Source of the DNA: a virus
Taxonomy: Duplodnaviria > Caudoviricetes
IMG/VR virus record: IMGVR_UViG_3300027734_003164
Span: 152,576 to 216,575 of that record
Reading direction: 5' to 3' (one strand)
DNA: 64,000 bases
Numbering within the stretch: position 1 is the first letter of the stretch; the number at the start of each line of letters is the position of its first letter. Shown here piece by piece: positions 48,825 through 58,449 of this stretch. The notes beneath the pieces were generated by a model. The model saw only the letters and a list, made by a program, of their open reading frames with translations. It did not search any database and was not told the origin of the DNA. Both the position numbers and the translations under genes were made by a program.

Positions 48825-49535
48825 TTACTTTCCTAAATAATCGGACAATCTTTTCATTAAGTCAACAGATTTTTCTAATCCACTATCACTAACTGAAGCA
48901 TTATCATGTTCCGCCAATTTTTCTTCATATCTTGGTCTATCTTCAGCATTCAAATAAAGATAAGCTCCTGGTGTAGATGGTGACGATACAAGGTCAAAAC
49001 AAATTAATTCAAAATCCTCCTGTACCTCATTTTGGTCTCCTTTTTTTACTAAAGACCCGACCCCACGAGAAGATACTCCCATAGTGACTCCTTGTCTCAT
49101 AAGATTCGCAGCAACATCACCCTTAGATGTTACAATTCCTCTTTCGTGAAAACCGGGACTTGTTAATAATTTAATTTTCCCCATCAATATATTTCCTTCC
49201 CACCATGTTTCAGTTATAATATGAGAAACCCTATCTAAATCTACTAAAGAAGATTCAGGGTGGTTTAATTCAGAAATTGACATTCCTTTTTTAATAACAT
49301 CTTGATATTTTTCAGCTTCTCTTTTTAATATTTTTTCAGGATATACTCTACCGTTTCTATTTGGAACTCCCCATTTTTGAAGTGTTGCGTAAAAAACAAA
49401 CGGTTTAGAATGGTCTAACTGACCATAAGATTCTCTAATCAAATTTTGGTTTCTTGGTTCATTTGGATTTATAATACCAGCATCCCATTCAACTAGAATC
49501 CCTTTACCCGTGTCTTTTGGTCCTAAAATTTTCAT
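48825..49535 (-). CDS. Prohead core protease (T4 gp21-like)
   Basis: NRNGRVYP, ELNHP, LDRVSH, GVSSRGVGS (catalytic Ser), DLVSSPSTPGA. Confidence 0.93.
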   Translation of the reverse strand: MKILGPKDTGKGILVEWDAGIINPNEPRNQNLIRESYGQLDHSKPFVFYATLQKWGVPNRNGRVYPEKILKREAEKYQDVIKKGMSISELNHPESSLVDLDRVSHIITETWWEGNILMGKIKLLTSPGFHERGIVTSKGDVAANLMRQGVTMGVSSRGVGSLVKKGDQNEVQEDFELICFDLVSSPSTPGAYLYLNAEDRPRYEEKLAEHDNASVSDSGLEKSVDLMKRLSDYLGK

Positions 49536-49555
49536 AATATTTTTATTAATAAATA

Positions 49556-50005
49556 TTATATTTCTTCTATTTGTTCTGATTTAGTTTTACTTAATGTGAA
49601 ATAAAGTGAATTTTTTAAATCATCCACATATATTGATTGAAAAATATTTTTTATTTTTGACCTTAAAAGAATTGATTTAAAATCATATGATTGGTTGTGA
49701 ATGAACAATGTAATTTCTAAATTCAAAAAACTTTTTTTATTTTTTTGTAACCCACTTGTTCTTAAATCTAAGTCAACTATACACTTTTTTTCAAAAATTT
49801 TGTGGTCAACAACTTCTAATAGTGTGTGTAGAATTTGTCTTTTTATGCTACCTGTAATTGATGTCCAATTACTGTAATCATCTTTTGGTTCGACCCATGT
49901 TTGTAAAATTAAATAAATTGATTTGAAATTTTTGGAATCGACTGTTCCGTACTGACATTTTGCATCATCAAAAATGTTTAATTTTGATGTTTTTCCTTTC
50001 TTCAT
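49556..50005 (-). CDS. Hypothetical protein
   Basis: 149-aa ORF with its own consensus sigma70 promoter. Confidence 0.7.
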   Translation of the reverse strand: MKKGKTSKLNIFDDAKCQYGTVDSKNFKSIYLILQTWVEPKDDYSNWTSITGSIKRQILHTLLEVVDHKIFEKKCIVDLDLRTSGLQKNKKSFLNLEITLFIHNQSYDFKSILLRSKIKNIFQSIYVDDLKNSLYFTLSKTKSEQIEEI

Positions 50006-50035
50006 TTTTTATATGTAAGAGGTTTATTTTTTTTA

Positions 50036-50064
50036 ATTATAACAATTATAAAAGAATTTGTCAA
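50036..50064 (-). promoter_or_regulatory. Perfect TTGACA-N17-TATAAT promoter
   Basis: Plus-strand TGTCAA 50059-50064 and ATTATA 50036-50041, 17-nt spacer. Confidence 0.7.
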
Positions 50065-50109
50065 AACATAAAAAAATTATTATATTTATATTAAAAAAAG
50101 GAAAAAAAT

Positions 50110-50301
50110 ATGATTATTATCGAAGTTAAAAAAAATAATATTGAGCAAGCATTAAAACAATACAAACTCAAGGTATACAAAACAAAACAACTTGAACATT
50201 TAAGAGACAGACAAGAATTTGAGAAAAAGTCCGTTAAGTCGAGAAAGAAAAAAATAAAGGCGGTTTATATACAAAAAATTAAAAATCAACTTTCTTCTTG
50301 A
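50110..50301 (+). CDS. rpsU: Phage-encoded ribosomal protein bS21
   Basis: MIIIEVK.NNIEQALKQYK.K...LR.RQEFEKKSV..R...KAVYIQ aligns by eye with Flavobacterium-type bS21. Confidence 0.9.
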   Translation: MIIIEVKKNNIEQALKQYKLKVYKTKQLEHLRDRQEFEKKSVKSRKKKIKAVYIQKIKNQLSS

Positions 50302-50534
50302 TTTTTATTATCCTTTTTTTTGTTGGTAAAAAAATCTACGGATGTCAATCCTAAAGTCCCAAACGCTAATAATCCAATTGTTTCTATTAAAATTTCAGGA
50401 GCCTCATATCTTCCACAACTAAATAAAGAAACAAATAAAGATATTATTAAAGAAAAAGTACATAATAGACCAATAAATCTTTTAGAGGATATGCCGCCGT
50501 TTGCCCCCTCCATCATGTTTTTAAAAAATTTCAT
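50286..50534 (-). CDS. Small two-TM membrane protein (holin-like?)
   Basis: Two hydrophobic segments (FIGLLCTFSLIISLFVSLF; IETIGLLAFGTLGL) and a basic C-terminus. Confidence 0.55.
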   Translation of the reverse strand: MKFFKNMMEGANGGISSKRFIGLLCTFSLIISLFVSLFSCGRYEAPEILIETIGLLAFGTLGLTSVDFFTNKKKDNKNQEES

Positions 50535-51271
50535 TATAAACCTTCTTGGAGTTGTCTTAACTTATAGTAATTGTAAAAATCAACAGGTGAGTTTTGTATT
50601 TTGGTTACAGTTTTTTCAATTGTATTTTTTAAATCACTTTCAGTAGACTCGTTTATTTTTACTTTTAAGTTTTCAATAATACATTCCTTTAAATTTTCCA
50701 TTCTATTTTCTAACTCAGTTTTAGATAAAGAAACTATTTCTTTAATATCATTTTTTTCACTTTCTGACAAATTAGTAATTTCATCATTAAGTTTTGAGTT
50801 TGCAACTTTCAACATAGTCTCTAAAGGTAAGTTGATAGATTCTTTGATGGTTACTTCTTTTTTAGATGTAGATAAAGTTTTAGATATTTGTTTTTTTGAT
50901 TCTAAAATATTTTCAAGATTTTTAATAGAATTGTTATAAATCACACTATCAATTGTTTCGTAAATATTTTTTACATCCCCATGTAAATCGATACTATTAA
51001 TCCATGAATTAATTCTACTTAATTCTTTATTATTATTTTCAACTAAAATTTGTGAGTATTCTACAGACTCATTAATATAGTCATTAACTAAGTCTACAGG
51101 TATACCTTTATTTTCTGTCAAATCATTATAGATATAATAAAGCTCCGCAATGTCTTTATTTTCCAAAACAATCTTTTTGAATTGATTGCTGAAAAATTTA
51201 AACTCATCCTTACCATATAAGTTAATGAAAGTTTCGTCTATTTTAGTTTTTATTTCACCAAAAGTTGCCAT
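50534..51271 (-). CDS. Hypothetical head-module protein (possible prohead core)
   Basis: 245-aa helical ORF between portal and protease; late motif 13 nt upstream. Confidence 0.6.
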   Translation of the reverse strand: MATFGEIKTKIDETFINLYGKDEFKFFSNQFKKIVLENKDIAELYYIYNDLTENKGIPVDLVNDYINESVEYSQILVENNNKELSRINSWINSIDLHGDVKNIYETIDSVIYNNSIKNLENILESKKQISKTLSTSKKEVTIKESINLPLETMLKVANSKLNDEITNLSESEKNDIKEIVSLSKTELENRMENLKECIIENLKVKINESTESDLKNTIEKTVTKIQNSPVDFYNYYKLRQLQEGL

Positions 51272-51293
51272 ATCTATTTTTTTAGATAAATAC

Positions 51294-53120
51294 TTACTTG
51301 TTTAATAATTTATTTATTTTGTCATCAATTTCATTGATAGATAATCTACCTTTTGATAAATCTAATGTATTATCTCTATCAAAAAGCGTGTTTTCCAAAA
51401 TTAAATTTAAATCATTTCTATTAAAATTTTCAGGAGTTACTCCCCCACCTTCTGCGGGTGGTGGTGGCGGTGGTGTCCCACCTCCATCTTCAGGAGGCAT
51501 TCCTCCTTCTTCAGGTGATGCTCCACCTTCAGGTGCCGCTCCTCCTTCAGCAGGCGCTCCACCTGCGGCGGCGTCTTTTTTACCATAAAGTGAATCAAGA
51601 GTATCAAATAATCCCGTTTTAGTAATAACTTCTGCCGTTTTACCAAGTTCTGCAGATACTGCTCTTTCAATTCTTTGTTGTTGTAAATCAAGTCTAATTT
51701 CATCATCAGAAAATCCAAGAATATGTTTTTTGGCCCATGATGCCGATACAGGGGCAACACTATCTTGAATTGGTGCAACCGCATCTTTAAATAATGTTAT
51801 TTTTTCTTTCCATAATTCTATACCTAATAAATCAGATTGTTTTGATGGGTTGGTTAATCCAAGTGTGAAATTGGTTAATTCATCTTCGAACCCTAAAAGA
51901 AACAAATGAATGATTGCAATTTTATTTAGTTCTGCAATCATAGATTTTTGAATCCTATTAATTGTTCTAGCAAATCTAATATCTAATAGTGATAAATTTT
52001 TACCATCACCGACTGCCTCTTCAAATCCTAAATACGCTTTAGGGATTCTTAATGCTGTAACAAGTTTCTTTTGGATATATTCAATATCCGCGATTTCTGC
52101 TAAGTTTTTAGCCCCATCTAATGTTTCAATAGGATTAGTTGCTGCTGGGTCTCTAACAGGGATAAAATAATCTTGGTCTACTGCCATTTGATTAAATCTC
52201 ATGTCAACATTTCCTGTTTTTTGGTCTACAATTTGGTCTCTTTTGAATTTATTAGCAACTCTTTGTACGTAAGCATCCACATCTTTGTCATCCATATTAC
52301 CCACAAATACTTTAAACACCCGTCTTTCAGGTGCTCTTGATACGCGGTAAATTAACATCGCATCTTCAGATAAAAGTAATTGTTTCCAAATACGACGAGC
52401 CTTTTCTAACATTGATGTTCCATATGGTAATTTTCTATCATCTCCTAATATTCTAAAGTGACCTATCTCCCATGTGTTAAATTCCATGTTTTTTTCTTTC
52501 CATGTGAATTTAAGAGCGTCATTTTCAATTTCTGATGAATATTTTTCAGGTTGGAATTTCATTCCTTTTTCTAATCTTTCTATTTGGATATTAGGTAATT
52601 GTTGACAACCTACAACTCCTCTTTCAGGGTCTAATTTTAAATAAACAAAATTATCACCAAACTTACAAGTGTTTCTAATCCACATTGGTAAGTTTGTATT
52701 AATATCCAATTTGTTATTAAATAAATCGGTCAAAACTGATTTAATTCTTTTTGATTCAGAATAAATTTGTAAAATGTGCCCGTCTTTATCAGGTGTTGTC
52801 GACTCTTCAGCATAAATGTCTAATGCTGCTGAAATTTCGGGAGTATATTCCATGGATTCATAATCATAATATGATGCCATTCTTGTTGGTTCATAATAAA
52901 CCGCCTGTTGATAAAGATTACTTTCTACTTTTTGCCATTGCTGACCAATATACATGGTCTGCTGAGCTTGAAGTTTTTCTTTTTCAAATTCTTGTTTGTT
53001 TGGTGTTTTTAATAATTCTTTTTTATCGAATTTAAAAACCGGTGATTGTTGGTCAATTGTTGAATTAGGTCCAAAAACTCTACCTAATCTTTGCCAAACT
53101 GTATATTTTTCTTCTGCCAT
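51294..53120 (-). CDS. Portal protein (T4 gp20-like)
   Basis: YESMEYTPEISAALDIYAEE, YRVSRAPERRVF, QDYFIPVR, IETLDGAKNL, ALRIPKAYL. Confidence 0.93.
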   Translation of the reverse strand: MAEEKYTVWQRLGRVFGPNSTIDQQSPVFKFDKKELLKTPNKQEFEKEKLQAQQTMYIGQQWQKVESNLYQQAVYYEPTRMASYYDYESMEYTPEISAALDIYAEESTTPDKDGHILQIYSESKRIKSVLTDLFNNKLDINTNLPMWIRNTCKFGDNFVYLKLDPERGVVGCQQLPNIQIERLEKGMKFQPEKYSSEIENDALKFTWKEKNMEFNTWEIGHFRILGDDRKLPYGTSMLEKARRIWKQLLLSEDAMLIYRVSRAPERRVFKVFVGNMDDKDVDAYVQRVANKFKRDQIVDQKTGNVDMRFNQMAVDQDYFIPVRDPAATNPIETLDGAKNLAEIADIEYIQKKLVTALRIPKAYLGFEEAVGDGKNLSLLDIRFARTINRIQKSMIAELNKIAIIHLFLLGFEDELTNFTLGLTNPSKQSDLLGIELWKEKITLFKDAVAPIQDSVAPVSASWAKKHILGFSDDEIRLDLQQQRIERAVSAELGKTAEVITKTGLFDTLDSLYGKKDAAAGGAPAEGGAAPEGGASPEEGGMPPEDGGGTPPPPPPAEGGGVTPENFNRNDLNLILENTLFDRDNTLDLSKGRLSINEIDDKINKLLNK

Positions 53121-53153
53121 TTTATTTTTTAAAATAGTTCATTTTATAATATT

Positions 53154-54929
53154 CTAAACTCTTCTTCCTCCAAATAACCAAGAATAATTTTCATAGTCAC
53201 TTTTAGTTGGTCCAGTATATGGTCTATTATTATACATATCATTTTGAACCGGAATTGAAGGATTAAAATTTTGTGACGAATCTTTGAACATAGTTTTGTC
53301 TGTTGTCCAAGATTCTATCATTGCTTTTGCTTGTTCTGTCGCTTTTTCCAATTTAGAAAAAGATGACTCCCCTACATAAATCGCCATAGCCATTGCCATA
53401 ATTAAATCGTCGTGTTGGCCTTTTTGGTGGTCAGGTCTTCCGTTCACATAAACAAAAGTATTTAATTCGTTAAAAAGTCTTTGGGACTTAACTGCGAACC
53501 CAAACCTTAAAGCTTCTTCAAACGCTTGGACAATTAAAACTCGTTTTGAGTTAAAATTTATTCCTGGTATTTTATCTTCTTGTTTTGGGTCCCATTTCCA
53601 TTTGTCCGCGGGATTTACACCATCAACATACAAATTTTTATATCCAAGTTCTTGAAGTTTTCTGGAAGTTGCAACACCCATACCACCTGTAATATCGGTT
53701 ACAATAAATGCGTTATACATTATTGCCCACTTATATGCTATTTCCGCTACAATATCAGGTGGAACTTTTGCAATATATTCTAAGACTTGTTCTCTTTCAT
53801 CAAAATCAATTATAATAAAAGTTGTAAAATCTTCACTGTCCCCTCTCGAAACGTCCATTCCCATAATATATCTGTGACCAACAATCGGTTCTTTCCATTG
53901 CCAAAGAACACCACCCATAAATTTGTTTTCAGGTTCTCTAATATGGTTTTCTTTTATTTTTTTCATAGTTTCAGGAGGAATAACATTATCCCCTGACCCT
54001 AAAAAGTTACATTCTAACTCTTGTGATATTTTACGTTTATCAAATTTCAATTTTTTTGACATCGATTCAAACCACGACGAGTATGGTTTGTAACCGTTTT
54101 CAATTTTTTGTTTAATATCCTCAAAATCTCTGTCTGATACTTTTATATTTGAATAATCGATAGTTATTTCATCATCCTTATAGTCAGTTCTATTTAACAT
54201 GTAATGTATTATATCATCAACCTTTATTAGTTTTAAGTCTTTGGAATATCTAGGGTCTCTAAACCAAAACATCTCAGTAATTTTGAAGTCATTCATTCCT
54301 TTTATCGCCTGAGCATAAATTGAGTAGTAAATTGGGTCAAATCCGTTGGGTGTTGAAATAACAATTACTTTACCCCCTGTTGAAAGGGATGCCATACACG
54401 CTGACCAAAAATCTTCATCAGCATCAATGTATGCCGCCTCATCAAAAATAAGAATAGTTGGTGTATACCCACGAAGAGCATCTTTTGAAGTTGCAACCGC
54501 CTTAACTTCACAACCGTTTGTTAATTTAAAATGTCTTGCTGCATTTTTTTCAGAAGAAAATCCAACACCCAACCAGTTAGGCCATTGCTCAACAAATGAA
54601 CGAACTTTGTTTGCCATTTCAACGGCAGTATCAAGTTTGTTTGCAATAATTAGAATTTTTTCAGGTTTTGATTTTTTTGCAAAAACTAATCTTTTTGATG
54701 CCCATGCAGATGTTACTGTTGATACACCAGCTTGTCGATATTTGAGTGCTATATTTTCTTCAGCAGTATCGTAGTCTTTTACCAAAGTGACTTGGTCATT
54801 AAATAGTTCTAGCGGTACGTATTTTGATTGTGTGTTGTCGTAAGTTTGCAAATATGTTTTTAGAGCGTATGGTGTATCATTTACACATTTAGCATATTCT
54901 AATAATATTTGTTCTTTTGAAAGTGACAT
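53154..54929 (-). CDS. terL: Terminase large subunit (T4 gp17-like)
   Basis: KYRQAGVST, Walker B IFDEAAY, ISTPNG, nuclease GMDVSRG and HDDLIMA. Confidence 0.95.
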   Translation of the reverse strand: MSLSKEQILLEYAKCVNDTPYALKTYLQTYDNTQSKYVPLELFNDQVTLVKDYDTAEENIALKYRQAGVSTVTSAWASKRLVFAKKSKPEKILIIANKLDTAVEMANKVRSFVEQWPNWLGVGFSSEKNAARHFKLTNGCEVKAVATSKDALRGYTPTILIFDEAAYIDADEDFWSACMASLSTGGKVIVISTPNGFDPIYYSIYAQAIKGMNDFKITEMFWFRDPRYSKDLKLIKVDDIIHYMLNRTDYKDDEITIDYSNIKVSDRDFEDIKQKIENGYKPYSSWFESMSKKLKFDKRKISQELECNFLGSGDNVIPPETMKKIKENHIREPENKFMGGVLWQWKEPIVGHRYIMGMDVSRGDSEDFTTFIIIDFDEREQVLEYIAKVPPDIVAEIAYKWAIMYNAFIVTDITGGMGVATSRKLQELGYKNLYVDGVNPADKWKWDPKQEDKIPGINFNSKRVLIVQAFEEALRFGFAVKSQRLFNELNTFVYVNGRPDHQKGQHDDLIMAMAMAIYVGESSFSKLEKATEQAKAMIESWTTDKTMFKDSSQNFNPSIPVQNDMYNNRPYTGPTKSDYENYSWLFGGRRV

Positions 54930-54935
54930 TCATTT

Positions 54936-55571
54936 TTAAATTCTACTTCTAAAATTTCTTAAAAGTTCTCCTTTTGTAAAGTGAGTTGGTATATGTTTTT
55001 GTACTATTGATAAAATACTTTCTTCTAAGTTTTTTACCTCATCATCTTCTTCAACTCTTTTTGGTAAACCTTTGTGTTTTGTGGATGCAAAATCTTCTAA
55101 ATCTTTTTTAGACATTTCTTTTGCCATGTTTTGAACTTTTTTAGAAACTTTGGATTTTGGAGTATCTCCTTTTTTAACAGAAAGAGCCAATCCCATAATT
55201 TTTTGTTGTTGTCTAGAAACCGATTTTTCTTCAAGTTCTCCTTCGTTCGACATTCCGTCATATTCATCACCAAATCCATCATCTGAGCCAGGACCAGAAT
55301 AATTATCACCTGTTTCATATGGGTCGTTTCCTGCCATTCTATTTAATGCGAAGTCATCTTCTTCAAGTTCTTCTTCATAAGTAACAAATGATTTACCGGT
55401 AGATTTAGCTTTAGCTTCTTCAGGGGAACCTTTTTTAACATTAAGTGTCCCTTCTTGCTCTATAATTCTACGGTATAAAGAAGATAGTTGTTTTTCTGAA
55501 AGATTTTCTAATGTTTTAATAGAAAACCCTTCATGAAGTAATTTTTGAAGTTTATAATTCATGTGTTTCAT
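54936..55571 (-). CDS. Probable head protein containing a DUF3008-like domain
   Basis: KSVSRQQQKIMGLAL..KKG...MSKKDLEDFASTKHKGLP matches the DUF3008 pattern; xxE sites present. Confidence 0.65.
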   Translation of the reverse strand: MKHMNYKLQKLLHEGFSIKTLENLSEKQLSSLYRRIIEQEGTLNVKKGSPEEAKAKSTGKSFVTYEEELEEDDFALNRMAGNDPYETGDNYSGPGSDDGFGDEYDGMSNEGELEEKSVSRQQQKIMGLALSVKKGDTPKSKVSKKVQNMAKEMSKKDLEDFASTKHKGLPKRVEEDDEVKNLEESILSIVQKHIPTHFTKGELLRNFRSRI

Positions 55572-55971
55572 TTAGCATCAAATTTTTTTCCCAATTTAAT
55601 ACGACATCTCTTTCGTATAATTTACTTTCAACATTTTCAATACTTTCTCCGTATTGAAAAACTAATCGTTTCTTTTTATATACAATTATTTCATCCGAAT
55701 CCGACTTTTCCCATCCTAATGAAATAACACCATCAACGGCATCATAAACACAAAAAAAGTCTGAATTTTGAACTAATTCTAATTCTATATCTGAGTTTTT
55801 TAAAATACCAACTTTTTTAATAAATTCAATTTTTGGTGGTTGTGGTCGTCCAGATGCTGGCTCAATATCCCAATCTTCACCATATGCGTCATCAATATCT
55901 GAAAAAATAAATTCATAGATATTGTCTCCTCTAAAGTTTGGACCTAACTCATTTATATAAATCAAATTCAT
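55552..55971 (-). CDS. Hypothetical protein
   Basis: 139-aa ORF in the late operon. Confidence 0.7.
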   Translation of the reverse strand: MNLIYINELGPNFRGDNIYEFIFSDIDDAYGEDWDIEPASGRPQPPKIEFIKKVGILKNSDIELELVQNSDFFCVYDAVDGVISLGWEKSDSDEIIVYKKKRLVFQYGESIENVESKLYERDVVLNWEKNLMLNETHEL

Positions 55972-57311
55972 ATAATGTTTCCTCTTGTGTCTATTTTAAT
56001 TTGTTTACCTTTTTTATTAAAAATTAAATTATCTAAATTTGTTTTACCTACAAATTGTGCTCCTTCAGATAAAAGTCTATTTGCTCTTTCCAACTGACGA
56101 CTAGTTTCTGATAAATTTTGTAACTCTTGTTTTACTTTTATCTGTGTTAATTTGTTTTTAATATAATCTTTTTGTTTTTTTTCTTCTAAAATTGGAGCTT
56201 CTTCTTTTGTTACTACAAAATATTTTTTCAAAACATTTTCAACTCTTGATTCTCCAAAAACATTTTCTGTTGGTTCTTGTGGTGTTGGTTCTTCACCACC
56301 CATAGGTGCTCCTCCCATTGGTTCTGCTCCAAATTCCTCACCTCCAAACTCATCACCACCAAAATTGACATCTTCTTCACCACTAAAATCTAAACTTTCA
56401 GGACCTTCATCACCGTACATATCAATTTCTTCAAATTTAGATAAAATGTCTTCTTTATCATCCTCGTCCAACTTTTCTAAATCTAAAGCCGATAAAACCA
56501 TGTTTATAACATATTTAATATCCTGTGAATCCAATCCGTCTTCATCTTGATTGTTATATGCTCTTAATTTTTGTGATAATTTACCTGTAAGTCTTTGGAT
56601 AGTTTTGAAACCACCGCCTTCTTCAGACTCTCCTCCCATTGGTTCTCCGCCCATTGGTTCTCCTCCCATTGGTTCTCCACCCATAGGCTCACCACCCATT
56701 GGTTCACCTCCCATTGGTTCTCCACCCATCATTTCACCTCCCATTGGTTCTCCACCCATCATTTCATCACCCATAGGCTCACCACCCATTGGTTCTCCAC
56801 CCATCATTTCTCCACCTTCTTCAGGTGCTGGTGGTGCAGGAGTTTCTTCAGGAGCAGGTGATGCTTCAGGTGCGGGTGCAGGAGCGGGTGCCGCGTCAGG
56901 TGTTGGTTCCGTTGCGGGTTTAGGCGTTTTTAAAACGAATTTTTTTTTTGAAGCGGTTTGCTCGCCAATTAAAGGAATCTCCTCGTCATTCTCATGAATG
57001 CGATTTAATTCTTTAGCGTGAAGATTCAACTTTTTCATCGCCTGAGAATACGAATCAAAATATTTTCTTTGTCTAATTGGGTCTGAATAATCTAAAACAG
57101 ATTCATTAATCCCTTTTTTAATTATATAACCTAACTTTTCTTTAACAATACCGTAAGTGTAACCATCAGCTAATTGAATGGTATAGTTCAAAGTTTCGTT
57201 TTCGTTAAGTTGTGATTTTGGTTTTTCATTATAATGCGCAATTTCTAAGATACGTCTAATTTTGTCCATACCTTCTAATTTTTCACTTCCAAGTGGTTTC
57301 AAATCTGCCAT
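55968..57311 (-). CDS. Acidic Pro/Gly/Met-rich probable head/core protein
   Basis: 447 aa, GGEPM repeats, several xxE sites, late motif upstream. Confidence 0.65.
   Translation of the reverse strand: MADLKPLGSEKLEGMDKIRRILEIAHYNEKPKSQLNENETLNYTIQLADGYTYGIVKEKLGYIIKKGINESVLDYSDPIRQRKYFDSYSQAMKKLNLHAKELNRIHENDEEIPLIGEQTASKKKFVLKTPKPATEPTPDAAPAPAPAPEASPAPEETPAPPAPEEGGEMMGGEPMGGEPMGDEMMGGEPMGGEMMGGEPMGGEPMGGEPMGGEPMGGEPMGGEPMGGESEEGGGFKTIQRLTGKLSQKLRAYNNQDEDGLDSQDIKYVINMVLSALDLEKLDEDDKEDILSKFEEIDMYGDEGPESLDFSGEEDVNFGGDEFGGEEFGAEPMGGAPMGGEEPTPQEPTENVFGESRVENVLKKYFVVTKEEAPILEEKKQKDYIKNKLTQIKVKQELQNLSETSRQLERANRLLSEGAQFVGKTNLDNLIFNKKGKQIKIDTRGNII
56628..56816 (-). repeat. 15-bp tandem repeat encoding GGEPM/GGEMM (about 12 copies)
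   Basis: ccacccattggttct-type units in the DNA; GGEPM runs in the translation. Confidence 0.9.
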
Positions 57312-57404
57312 TTTGTTTTTTCTTTATATGTTATTTTAGTATAAATATCCAAAAAGATAGTTTAACTCAATAATAAATATATTGTTAATAGATAAATTGA
57401 CTAA

Positions 57405-58178
57405 TTATTCAATATTTAAGTTTTCTAATGATAATTTTTTATCAGTAATCTTGTTTTTGAAGTCTTCAAGTTTTTTTATATATCCCGTTCTTCTTAAAAA
57501 CTTAAACACCAAATTTTCATATGAATACTCACCTTCTTTTGTTAATCCACAAGTTCTGTATTTTCTTAACTTTTCTTTGTATTTCTTAACAAGGTCAATG
57601 GCGTCTTTTAAATCTTCATCTTCTGCGTTTTCCAAAACACCATCTATTATATCCATCCATTGTTGGGCTTTTTCTTTAATTTTTTTCTCATCAACTTCAA
57701 AATTTTCTTTTTCTGGTTTTCTAATCCATGTATCAGAAACCAAAGAATAAGACCCCATACTTTTCTCTTTTTCGTTTGAGTCTTGAATAAAAACCTCAAC
57801 TTCATAACCTTTAATTCTAATGTCATGAGATGCGTTAAACAATGTTTTTTTTAGGTGAAAAAGTTCTTCATATAATTCTTTATTTTCACCAGCCTCATTA
57901 AAATCATATAATAAATGAACGTCAAAGTCAGAAAACTCAGACCAATTATAACCAGTTAAAGAACCAATTAGTATAATGTCTTGAATAAAAATGTCTTGGT
58001 CGATTGTTTTTAAAAAAACGTCAGCAACTTGTAAAAGTTTTTTTCTAATTTCAGGTTTTAATTTATAGAATTGGGCGTCTTTGTCACCCATATATTTTTC
58101 ATTGGGTAATTCCCAAACTTCGGGATTAAGTTTGTCTTGTAAATAAAAGCTATTTATAACTTTTTTAAATTCCTTCAT
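57405..58178 (-). CDS. Pol-beta superfamily nucleotidyltransferase
   Basis: IILIGSLTGYNWSEFSDFDVH (GS..DxD) and a third acidic residue in YEVEVF. Start placed at ATG 58178, 3 nt after TATTTATT, which avoids overlap with KTSC. Confidence 0.8.
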   Translation of the reverse strand: MKEFKKVINSFYLQDKLNPEVWELPNEKYMGDKDAQFYKLKPEIRKKLLQVADVFLKTIDQDIFIQDIILIGSLTGYNWSEFSDFDVHLLYDFNEAGENKELYEELFHLKKTLFNASHDIRIKGYEVEVFIQDSNEKEKSMGSYSLVSDTWIRKPEKENFEVDEKKIKEKAQQWMDIIDGVLENAEDEDLKDAIDLVKKYKEKLRKYRTCGLTKEGEYSYENLVFKFLRRTGYIKKLEDFKNKITDKKLSLENLNIE

Positions 58179-58206
58179 ATTAATAAATACATTATCAATA
58201 TGATTT

Positions 58207-58449
58207 TCAAAGTTTTTTGTATTTGAATTTTTTTGATATGTTTTGATTGAAATATTTTCCTTGAGAATCTGATAATCTAAATTGAGAATATATTGAATGG
58301 GGGACTTCTTCATATTCATATAACATTTCATTGTTGAAAGTTATTTTTAATGTTTTATTTTCAATATCATACTCACTTCTTTTTAAATTAGAAGATGTTA
58401 TTTCACAAATAATTTTGTTTCCTTCTATGTCTGTTCTAGTTATTGCCAT
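58207..58449 (-). CDS. KTSC-domain protein
   Basis: SSNL...YD...L.ITF....YEY..VP...Y..F..S.S.GKYFNQNI. Confidence 0.9.
   Translation of the reverse strand: MAITRTDIEGNKIICEITSSNLKRSEYDIENKTLKITFNNEMLYEYEEVPHSIYSQFRLSDSQGKYFNQNISKKFKYKKL

Noticed and set aside
4903-54929. Inteins or introns in polB, helicase or terminase
   Set aside because: Lengths are ordinary, and no intein splice-junction motifs, homing-endonuclease motifs or ORF breaks were seen.
56551-56997. Plus-strand ORFs with GSPPI or HWFS repeats (also 47737-48467 and 51298-51588)
   Set aside because: These are antisense or off-frame shadows of the repeat tracts in real minus-strand genes; the other short opposite-strand ORFs in the track were dismissed for the same reason.
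58179-58331. Longer 308-aa version of the nucleotidyltransferase
   Set aside because: The extension overlaps the well-supported KTSC gene; ATG 58178 has the late motif 3 nt upstream.
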